64,000 bases of DNA, from positions 71,835 through 135,834 of the forward strand of contig CAVTQK010000008.1 in NCBI GenBank assembly GCA_963736855.1, given 5' to 3'. Positions 11,230 through 18,971 of the stretch are shown one piece after another (within the stretch, counting starts at the first letter, position 1; each line of letters begins with the position of its first letter). Source of the stretch: an uncultured delta proteobacterium. Lineage in GTDB: Bacteria > Desulfobacterota > Desulfobacteria > Desulfobacterales > UBA2156. The notes under the pieces were generated by a model. That model had not been told where the DNA came from, ran no database searches, and saw nothing but the letters and a program-made list of their open reading frames with translations. The translations under genes were made by a program, and so were the position numbers.

Positions 11230-12012
11230 ATGGACCCAGACATTCTCCTGGTGGAAGAAAGAGAACAGACGGCAATTTTGACACTGAACCGGCCGGAAGT
11301 CATGAACGCCTTTAATTTTCCGCTTCTTTATGCCCTGCGCAACGCCGTAGAGGCACTCAGGACCCGAACCGATATCCGGGTAATCATTGTGACCGGCGCA
11401 GGAGACAAGGCATTCTGTTCCGGTGCCGACTTAAAAGAACGTGCCTCCCTTTCCCCGCTGCAGGTCAAGGAATTTATTTACACCATCCGGAACCTTTTTA
11501 CCTTTATCGAATTTTTAAACAAACCGGTGATTGCAGCCGTCAACGGCCTCGCCCTGGGCGGCGGAACCGAACTCGCCCTGGCCAGCGATATACGCATCGC
11601 ATCCGACAATGCCACGTTGGGGCTTACCGAGACCCGGCTGGCCATCATCCCCGGCGCCGGCGGGACCCAACGGCTTCCGCGGTTAGTCGGAAGGGGAAAG
11701 GCCAAAGAGCTGATCTTTACCGGGCGTCGGGTCGGCGCCGAGGAAGCGCTTCGTATCAACCTGGTCAACCAGGTCTGTAAGGCGGACGACCTCGTGGACG
11801 AATGCATGAAGATGGCCGCTATGATCTGCGAAACCGGCCCCGTTGCCATCGAACAAGCCAAATACGCCATCAACTATGGCCTGGAATCAGCCATTCACAC
11901 CGGGTTGGCCATCGAATCCAATGCCTATTGGGTGACGATCCCCACCGAGGATCGCACCGAAGCCCTGGCCGCATTCCGCGAAAAGCGGAAGCCTCAATTC
12001 CGGGGGAAATAG
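11230..12012 (+). CDS. Enoyl-CoA hydratase/crotonase (methylglutaconyl-CoA hydratase-like)
   Basis: LNRPEVMNA, FCSGADLKER, ALGGGTELALASD, ETRLAIIPGAGGTQRLPR. Confidence 0.88.
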   Translation: MDPDILLVEEREQTAILTLNRPEVMNAFNFPLLYALRNAVEALRTRTDIRVIIVTGAGDKAFCSGADLKERASLSPLQVKEFIYTIRNLFTFIEFLNKPVIAAVNGLALGGGTELALASDIRIASDNATLGLTETRLAIIPGAGGTQRLPRLVGRGKAKELIFTGRRVGAEEALRINLVNQVCKADDLVDECMKMAAMICETGPVAIEQAKYAINYGLESAIHTGLAIESNAYWVTIPTEDRTEALAAFREKRKPQFRGK

Positions 12013-12055
12013 ACAGCGATTTGGGAACACCGCCCTTGAAAGGAAAACGGAGATT

Positions 12056-13207
12056 ATGAGCGAACACGATCTAAGGAAAATCTTTCCCCGAATGCCCAAG
12101 AAAGTGACGATTGGGGATATCACCGTGCGTGACGGTTTCCAGCATGAGGAAAAGTTTATCTCCACGGCAGCCAAGATCTTCTATATCGAGGAGATGGTTT
12201 TTTCCGGATGCCGCAACCTGGAAGTAACGAATCTGGCCAATCCCAAAATCATGCCCCAGTTCAGGGACGCCGAAGAGATTCTGACCTACCTGAGAAGCGA
12301 CGAATTTAAAAAAAAATGCGAAAAGCGGAAGATTAACGTCGAGGATATCTGCTTCACCGCAGTCACCATCCGGGAGCCGTCGGTGGACCGGGCCATACGC
12401 CTGAAAGAAAAAGGGATCGGACCGGACCGGCTCTTGATGATGGTCTCCACGGAAGAAGAGCACCACTTCGCCAATTCAAGCATCACACTGCCCGAATACT
12501 GGAAAGAGGCCGAACGCTGCATCAAGAAATGCACCGACGCCGGGATGAAGATGTGCGGAACCGTAAGCACCATCTGGGGAAGCCCCATCGGAGGCGCCAC
12601 CAAGCTGGAAGACGCGGTGGAATTCACCAAGCGATGGCTTTCCATCGGCGCAGGCGATATCGAACACGCCGATCACGACGGCAGCGCTTCGGCACCCGAA
12701 GTCTACCGTTACTACTCTATGATCCTGGATGCACTCCCCGACACCCAACTGCACATCGCCCATTTCCATGAAACCAAGCGCATGGCCTCGGCTTCCATCC
12801 TAGCCGCCCTCCAGGCTGGGATCGCCCAATTCGAAGCCACATTGGGCGGACTGGGCGGCCAGCCATCCAACTTCATGGATGACTGCCCCGTGAAGGGGAC
12901 CGGCGATTATTACTATGATGACCCGCGATATGTAGGCCTCGTCACCCTGGAAGACACCCTCGTCCAGATTGACGAAATGGGAATCGAACACGGGTTTGAC
13001 GTGGATCGGGTCCTCTGGATCGGCAAACAAATGGAAAAGACCATCGGTCGGCGCCTGAGATCCGAAGCGGTGATCAACGGCCGCACGCAAAAGGGAGGGC
13101 ATATGAAGTACGCCAGGCCCGGCCTGAAAGAACGAAAAGCCAAATTCGGCGAAACCCCGGGCCAGAAGATCCCTTCGGAATGGCCTGCCAAGGCCGTCCT
13201 GCCGTAA
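12056..13207 (+). CDS. HMG-CoA lyase-like DRE-TIM metallolyase
   Basis: TVRDGFQHE, HFHET, GGLGG; next to the enoyl-CoA hydratase. Confidence 0.78.
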   Translation: MSEHDLRKIFPRMPKKVTIGDITVRDGFQHEEKFISTAAKIFYIEEMVFSGCRNLEVTNLANPKIMPQFRDAEEILTYLRSDEFKKKCEKRKINVEDICFTAVTIREPSVDRAIRLKEKGIGPDRLLMMVSTEEEHHFANSSITLPEYWKEAERCIKKCTDAGMKMCGTVSTIWGSPIGGATKLEDAVEFTKRWLSIGAGDIEHADHDGSASAPEVYRYYSMILDALPDTQLHIAHFHETKRMASASILAALQAGIAQFEATLGGLGGQPSNFMDDCPVKGTGDYYYDDPRYVGLVTLEDTLVQIDEMGIEHGFDVDRVLWIGKQMEKTIGRRLRSEAVINGRTQKGGHMKYARPGLKERKAKFGETPGQKIPSEWPAKAVLP

Positions 13208-13267
13208 CGGTTCCGCACCTATTGATGTGCCACTTTGTGGGACGGCATTCTACGTGTCGCCTTTTTT

Positions 13268-13292
13268 AGGGTCGGGTTTTAAACCCGACCCT
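13268..13292. repeat. Perfect 12-bp inverted repeat, REP-like
   Basis: AGGGTCGGGTTT-T-AAACCCGACCCT; no U-tract follows on either strand. Confidence 0.55.
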
Positions 13293-13306
13293 GCGGCGAG
13301 AAACCC

Positions 13307-13342
13307 TTGACACCCTAACATTATAAAATTATACCTTTATAA
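13307..13342 (+). promoter_or_regulatory. Sigma70 promoter of gntR with overlapping inverted repeat TTATAAA-N8-TTTATAA
   Basis: TTGACA-17-TATACC; inverted repeat 13321-13342. Confidence 0.55.
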
Positions 13343-13356
13343 AAAAGGGGGGTTGC

Positions 13357-14118
13357 ATGTGCCCAGGGAACACTTCCATTGCTCTATACTACCGGGTGGC
13401 TGAAACGCTTAAGGGGCGGATCGCATCCTGCCGTTATAGCCCGGAGACCATCCTGCCGCCGGAAAACAATCTGGCACAGGAATTCAACGTCAGCAACATC
13501 ACCATCCGAAAGGCCATGGCGCTTTTGGTGGAGCAGGGATTGGTAGCCCGTCGGCGTGGAATCGGCACCCAGGTTGTCGATTTGAGAGAAGACCGGATCC
13601 CATTAAAAATCACGGGTAATTTCAGCGACTGGGTCGATTCGGCCATCAACCGGAGCCTCAGGCTGGAAGTCGAGGTCTTGGGAATCTCGGTGGTTTCCTG
13701 CCCTTTTTCTATCGCCGACAAACTCGGCCTTCCAAACAAATCACCTATATGGGAGTTGAAGCGTCTGAGAAAGCGGAACGGGGAAGCCACCTCTTATTAT
13801 CTGAATTACACCCCAACTGCCCTGCTCCATGGCGCCTCGAAAAAGGATTTTACAAAAGAATCCTTCATAGACATTTTTCAAAGAAAAACCGGCTTGCGCG
13901 TTGCGAAAATCTCACAGCAGGTGGAAGTTGTCGTAGCGGACCTGGATGTGGGCGCAGTTTTGGGCGTCAGCTTCGGTGCTCCTATTTTTTTCGTGACCAA
14001 CACCTACTTCACACCGGAAAACACACCCCTTTGGGTCACTCAAATGTATTTCAGGGGAGACCGGTACGTTTATCAGGGGCACATTCACCTTGAAGGTCAA
14101 AAGGCTAAGGGAGGGTAA
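13357..14118 (+). CDS. GntR-family regulator (HutC/UTRA subfamily)
   Basis: LPPENNLAQEFNVSNITIRKAMALLVEQGLVARRRGIGT; C-terminal FRGDRY. Confidence 0.88.
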   Translation: MCPGNTSIALYYRVAETLKGRIASCRYSPETILPPENNLAQEFNVSNITIRKAMALLVEQGLVARRRGIGTQVVDLREDRIPLKITGNFSDWVDSAINRSLRLEVEVLGISVVSCPFSIADKLGLPNKSPIWELKRLRKRNGEATSYYLNYTPTALLHGASKKDFTKESFIDIFQRKTGLRVAKISQQVEVVVADLDVGAVLGVSFGAPIFFVTNTYFTPENTPLWVTQMYFRGDRYVYQGHIHLEGQKAKGG

Positions 14119-14124
14119 GCATCC

Positions 14125-14313
14125 ATGGCGTGGATTCGAATGCCAGGAATCGAAGGGCTGGTTTATCAGCCGGAATCAGATCCATCGGCACCCCGCAAGC
14201 ACGACTGCACTGATTGTTTCGTATGCCAGATGTGCAGCGATAGCCGATGCGTTGAATGCCGAAAACAACAGGCGGGTGATGCCTGTCACCCGCCCGCTCA
14301 AGATACTCAATAG
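14125..14313 (+). CDS. Small Cys-rich hypothetical protein
   Basis: 62 aa, KHDCTDCFVCQMCSDSRCVEC; GGAGGG RBS; 6 bp after the gntR stop. Confidence 0.55.
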   Translation: MAWIRMPGIEGLVYQPESDPSAPRKHDCTDCFVCQMCSDSRCVECRKQQAGDACHPPAQDTQ

Positions 14314-14451
14314 AAACCGTTTAAAGAATCCGCTTCAGTGACCCCCGCTTCCTGAAATCCCGCTGGCCGCAACGATCAGGATCAAGTCCTCCAGCAACGC
14401 TATAACCAGGCGCCGATATCCATGAAAGGAAACACACCGGCGATTATTTTT

Positions 14452-14643
14452 GATGAAATCGTAAAAAAGGCTAATTTTTCTCGCGCCGCAAGTCTTTTCG
14501 GAAGATCCAAAGGGTTTCGCTAAATCTCAAGAACTCGGCACAAGTGCATCAAACAGCTTGAGATTTTTAACGCTCAACCCTTTTGCCTCTCTTTTTCCGA
14601 AAAGACTTGAATGGCGCTCACAAAACCTTTTTACGAAGCCATC
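14452..14643. mobile_element. Non-autonomous MITE-like element, copy A
   Basis: TIRs GATGAAATCGTAAAAA / TTTTTACGAAGCCATC; flanked by ATTTTT direct repeat; near-identical copy at 40159-40347. Confidence 0.8.
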
Positions 14644-14746
14644 ATTTTTCTTTCAATAAATTTTCTTTCCCAACGCGTAAAAAGCAGGTATAGTACTGTT
14701 TTTTAAATCTTCTTTGGACTATCGAAACAAGACTGGATATACCGTT

Positions 14747-16339
14747 ATGGCCAATGGGAAGGAATGGAAAATCGTTTTTATCGACGATGAAGAGGATATT
14801 CGGCAAGTGATGCAATTGACGCTGGAGGACGCCGGATATCAGGTATTTCCTGCACCGGACGGTAGAACAGGCCTGCAATTGTGCCGTGAGGTGCTCCCAC
14901 AGATTGTGATCACCGACATCCGCATGCCGGGGATGGACGGCCTCCAGGTCCTCGAAGCCCTCAAAACAGAATCTCCCGACATCGAGGTGATCGTTGCAAC
15001 CGCCTTTGGAGAAATGAACCTTGCCATTAAAGCGCTTCAACTGGATGCTTCTGATTTTATTACTAAACCAATCGGCGACGAGGCCTTACGTCTTGCCTTG
15101 AAGCGCGCCAAAGAGCGCCATCTTTCCAGAAAGCAGGTCAGAGATTACACTGCTATTTTAGAAAAGGAGAACGCCAAAACCAGCCAGGAGCTTTTTAAAA
15201 GCCTGGCATTCCAGAGGAATTTAATTGAAAATTCGATGGACGGCATCCTTGGCTCGGATGAAAACGAAATCGTCGTTATTTATAACCACAGCCTTGAGGG
15301 AACGCTTGGTTTTTTAAAGGAAAAAGTCCTTCATAAAATGACACTAAAACAATTCTTCCCGGCAGAAAAATTCGAAGACTTCAAAAAGAACCTGTTCAGC
15401 AGCGCTTACGGGGGCGAAAATCGACTCATGCTTTATGAAACCAATCTGATCGAAAAATCCGGTCGCGAAATACCGGTTCAGGTTTCCGCCAGCCTGCTTT
15501 CGGATCAGGGTCAAGACAAAGGACTGGTCTGTTTTTTCAGGGACCTTCGTCAGATCCGCAAACTCGAACAGGAGTTTTCCGATCAGGCGCGGATTCTGCA
15601 TCAGGACAAGATGATGTCTCTGGGACGGCTGGCGGCCAGCGTTGTTCACGAAATCAATAATCCATTGTCCGGAATCTTGAACTACCTCAGGCTGATGAAC
15701 CGAATTTTGAGTCAAGGCCCCTTGTCGGAAGAGCGGCAAAATAAATTTCAACGCTATGTGGAATTGATTGAAAAGGAAACCGATCGGTGTTCCCAAATCG
15801 TTTCAGGTCTGCTGAGTTTTTCACGTCGCTCCCCCCCCTCTTTCGGAGAGGTCCGGATGGAAAAAGTCCTTCGTCTCTGTATTCTTCTCAGCAAACATAA
15901 GCTCGAATTGAGCAATATCCGTCTTGAAATCGATATCGAGTCTGATCTGCCGCCTTTAAACGGAGATTTCAATCAGCTCCAGCAGTGCATGATCAATCTC
16001 ATTTTCAATGCCGTGGATGCCATGCAGGACGGCGGGATATTGACGCTTAAGAGCTTTCTTAACAGGAGCAACCGCAAGGTCGTTGTCACCTTCCGTGATA
16101 CGGGTCAAGGAATTCCTCCGGAAAATCTTCCCCATATTTTTGAACCTTTTTTTACCACCAAGAAAGAAGGTTATGGAACCGGACTGGGTCTTTCCACCGT
16201 TTACGGGATAATCGAGCGGCATCAGGGAACAATCGGCGTCGAAAGTCATGTTGGAAAGGGGACCATCTTCACCATCGAACTGCCGGCTTCCGGTTCGAAT
16301 CCTGAGGATGGGAAAAACCGTTTCATTCAACAGGGCTGA
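14747..16339 (+). CDS. Hybrid REC-PAS-histidine kinase
   Basis: IDDE/TDIRMP receiver, PAS, H-box [23 protein letters not shown]. Confidence 0.9.
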   Translation: MANGKEWKIVFIDDEEDIRQVMQLTLEDAGYQVFPAPDGRTGLQLCREVLPQIVITDIRMPGMDGLQVLEALKTESPDIEVIVATAFGEMNLAIKALQLDASDFITKPIGDEALRLALKRAKERHLSRKQVRDYTAILEKENAKTSQELFKSLAFQRNLIENSMDGILGSDENEIVVIYNHSLEGTLGFLKEKVLHKMTLKQFFPAEKFEDFKKNLFSSAYGGENRLMLYETNLIEKSGREIPVQVSASLLSDQGQDKGLVCFFRDLRQIRKLEQEFSDQARILHQDKMMSLGRLAASVVHEINNPLSGILNYLRLMNRILSQGPLSEERQNKFQRYVELIEKETDRCSQIVSGLLSFSRRSPPSFGEVRMEKVLRLCILLSKHKLELSNIRLEIDIESDLPPLNGDFNQLQQCMINLIFNAVDAMQDGGILTLKSFLNRSNRKVVVTFRDTGQGIPPENLPHIFEPFFTTKKEGYGTGLGLSTVYGIIERHQGTIGVESHVGKGTIFTIELPASGSNPEDGKNRFIQQG

Positions 16340-16389
16340 GCCGGAACGCGGCATCGGATTCATGGGCCAAAACCAAGGAAGCAGCCTCC

Positions 16390-18129
16390 ATGAGTAGAAC
16401 ACACAAAAATCCCGGAAGCATGGTATCGTCCGAGGCGTGGTTGGAGATCATGGACGAATTGAATCTCGGGGCTTTTACTGTCGGCGTCAACCGACAGGTG
16501 ACCTCCATGAACCATACCGCCCAGGCGCTGCTCGGAGTAAAAAACTCGGAGGCCTTGGGCAGAAATTGCAGGGAAGTTTTTATGGGTGTCCCCTGTTTGG
16601 CCAAATGTCCGTTTAGAGGTCCTAACGAACCCGGTACCAGAGAACCCCTCATTCAATTGACAAACGATAATGATATCATCCACTGGACGACACGGATGGC
16701 GACCCCCACTTTCGGTCCCGACGGTAAGGTTGTCGGATGCATGACCATCCTGCAGGATCATTCTCCGATTACGGATCTGATCGATCGCATCCATCACGAA
16801 GAACAGAACACGAAGATCATCCTCGATAACCTGGACGTCGGCATATTCACAGTTGATCGCGGCGGGTATATCACTTTTTTCAATACGGAAGCCGAAAAGA
16901 TCGTCGGCTATAGTCGCCGTGAGGTCTTAGGTCAACCTTTTGCCATGATATTTAAAGACTCGAGGTCCCAGGAAATCGGTTTATTGAACGACACGATTGC
17001 CGATGGGAAAACCCGCAGCAACAGGCGTGGAGAAATGATCACCCGAGACGGTGCCCCCATTCCCGTCCGCATCAATCTGATGGCGCTGATCAACGAAAAA
17101 GGAACGGTCGTCGGGGGGTTGGCCACTTTCCACGATCTCACGTTGGTCCAACAGCTCAAACAAGCCACCCGGCAACATTACACATTCCATGATATGATCG
17201 GTAAAAGCCCTGCGATGGAAAAAATATTTGAAATGGTCAATGTGGTGGCAAAAACCGATGCCACCATTTTGATTGAGGGGGCCACGGGTACCGGGAAGGA
17301 TCTTCTGGCCCGAGTGGTTCATTCCATCAGCCGCAGGGCGGATAAACCCTTTGTCAAGGTCAATTGTGCGGCCATACCGGACAACTTGCTTGAATCGGAA
17401 ATGTTCGGCTATGTCAAAGGGGCCTTTACCGGAGCTGAAAAAGACAAGATCGGACGCTTTCAAGAAGCCGACAACGGAACTATATTCCTGGATGAAATCG
17501 GAGATCTTCCGTTGCCGTTGCAGGCCAAACTGCTTCGGGTATTGGAAGACAAAGAGTTCTATCGATTGGGCAGCCGGCATACGGTCAAAGTCAACGTGCG
17601 CATTATCTCCGCTTCCAATAGGAACTTGCCCCAACTTGTCGAGAAGCGCCTGTTCCGGGAAGACCTTTTTTATCGATTGAACCTGTTTCGCATCGAACTC
17701 CCGGAATTGAAGGATCGCAGGGTGGACCTGCCGTTGCTGATCGGCCATATTTTAAGACACCTGAGTTCCGCCATAGGGATTCGCCCGCCGACAGTCTCCG
17801 AAACAGTGATGGGACTCCTGCTGAACTACAGCTATCCGGGCAACATGCGAGAACTGGAAAATATCCTGGAGCATGCCCTCATTATATGCCGGGAAGAGAC
17901 GATCCAATCGGAACATCTTCCGCAATATCTTCGGTTTTCCCACACCGAGCAGCAGAATGCCTTTCCCGAGAGCCCGAAAAGTGCACCTTTTTCCGAGAAA
18001 AAGGAACGCAGTGAAATTATTTCCATGCTTGAACAATACCACGGGATGCGTTCGGAAGCAGCACGGGCTCTGGGCATCAATCGAACCACATTATGGCGTA
18101 AGATTAAAAAATACGGCATCCGCCCTTAA
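16390..18129 (+). CDS. Sigma54-dependent activator with two PAS domains (no receiver)
   Basis: GATGTGKD, ESEMFGYVKGAFTGA, FLDEIG, PGNMREL, Fis-type HTH. Confidence 0.92.
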   Translation: MSRTHKNPGSMVSSEAWLEIMDELNLGAFTVGVNRQVTSMNHTAQALLGVKNSEALGRNCREVFMGVPCLAKCPFRGPNEPGTREPLIQLTNDNDIIHWTTRMATPTFGPDGKVVGCMTILQDHSPITDLIDRIHHEEQNTKIILDNLDVGIFTVDRGGYITFFNTEAEKIVGYSRREVLGQPFAMIFKDSRSQEIGLLNDTIADGKTRSNRRGEMITRDGAPIPVRINLMALINEKGTVVGGLATFHDLTLVQQLKQATRQHYTFHDMIGKSPAMEKIFEMVNVVAKTDATILIEGATGTGKDLLARVVHSISRRADKPFVKVNCAAIPDNLLESEMFGYVKGAFTGAEKDKIGRFQEADNGTIFLDEIGDLPLPLQAKLLRVLEDKEFYRLGSRHTVKVNVRIISASNRNLPQLVEKRLFREDLFYRLNLFRIELPELKDRRVDLPLLIGHILRHLSSAIGIRPPTVSETVMGLLLNYSYPGNMRELENILEHALIICREETIQSEHLPQYLRFSHTEQQNAFPESPKSAPFSEKKERSEIISMLEQYHGMRSEAARALGINRTTLWRKIKKYGIRP

Positions 18130-18247
18130 TTCAACGTCTGTGTGGTGTTTCATAATATGTTGCATATATGTTGCAAAATAGGGTTTCATAATTAATAACT
18201 TATTAGGATTATTAATTATTCTTTTATCACTCCCTATTCCATTCCCA

Positions 18248-18281
18248 TTCCATATGTTGCAATAATTTGCAACATATGGAA
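18248..18281. promoter_or_regulatory. Perfect 15-bp inverted repeat, putative sigma54 enhancer (UAS)
   Basis: TTCCATATGTTGCAA-TAAT-TTGCAACATATGGAA about 80-110 bp upstream of the -24 box; extra ATATGTTGCA half-sites at 18155 and 18166. Confidence 0.7.
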
Positions 18282-18359
18282 GTTAGTGAAGCTGCCCCCC
18301 TGATCCATTTTTCATTCAACATCCTGTTATCATATCGGAATTTTCCGATATGGGCTTCC

Positions 18360-18375
18360 TGGCACACTCCATGCT
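18360..18375 (+). promoter_or_regulatory. Sigma54 (-24/-12) promoter of the Hdr-like operon
   Basis: TGGCACACTCCATGCT, GG-N10-GC, directly downstream of the activator gene. Confidence 0.8.
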
Positions 18376-18447
18376 TTCATTCTTCCGCATCGAATCCTGA
18401 AAGCCCCCGAAACGGGCGAACACTTTTTTAATTGCACAGAGGTCATT

Positions 18448-18897
18448 TTGACCCCCGAGCCGGTGAAGAAAAAGATCCTCGTCGTCGACGATGAGCTGAA
18501 TATGCGCATTTTTCTTTGCAACCTCTTATGCAACCGGGGTTACGAGGCCATCGATGCCGCGGACTGTGTGGAGGGAATGCAGAAAGCAAAAGCGGAAAAA
18601 CCGGCGCTCATCATTCTTGATGTCATGATGCCCAAAGAGAACGGTATTCAGATGTATCGTGAACTCAATGATGATGAGAAGCTTAAACATATTCCGGTGG
18701 TGATGTTGTCGACAATCGATAGAAAGACATTCTCTTATTACCACAAATTCCGAACTGTAACCCAGGAAAAGGGTTTTCTTGCACCAAGTGCCTATCTGGA
18801 AAAACCGTTCGAGGCCGAAACTCTGATCTCGCTGGTAAACCGCATGATATTTTCAGGGAAAGGCCATTTGGCCGATTCCACGGGTGAGTCAACTTAA
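18448..18897 (+). CDS. Single-domain response regulator
   Basis: VVDDE, LDVMMP, EKPF. Confidence 0.85.
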   Translation: MTPEPVKKKILVVDDELNMRIFLCNLLCNRGYEAIDAADCVEGMQKAKAEKPALIILDVMMPKENGIQMYRELNDDEKLKHIPVVMLSTIDRKTFSYYHKFRTVTQEKGFLAPSAYLEKPFEAETLISLVNRMIFSGKGHLADSTGEST

Positions 18898-18971
18898 AAA
18901 AGGCAAGGGTGTTTAAGCCGAAAGCGGATTTGAGAACGTTGAATCAAAACCGGAAAGAGCGGTCTGAAACG

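Noticed and set aside
13268..13292. Hairpin as an intrinsic terminator
   Set aside because: No U-tract follows the stem on either strand; kept as REP-like
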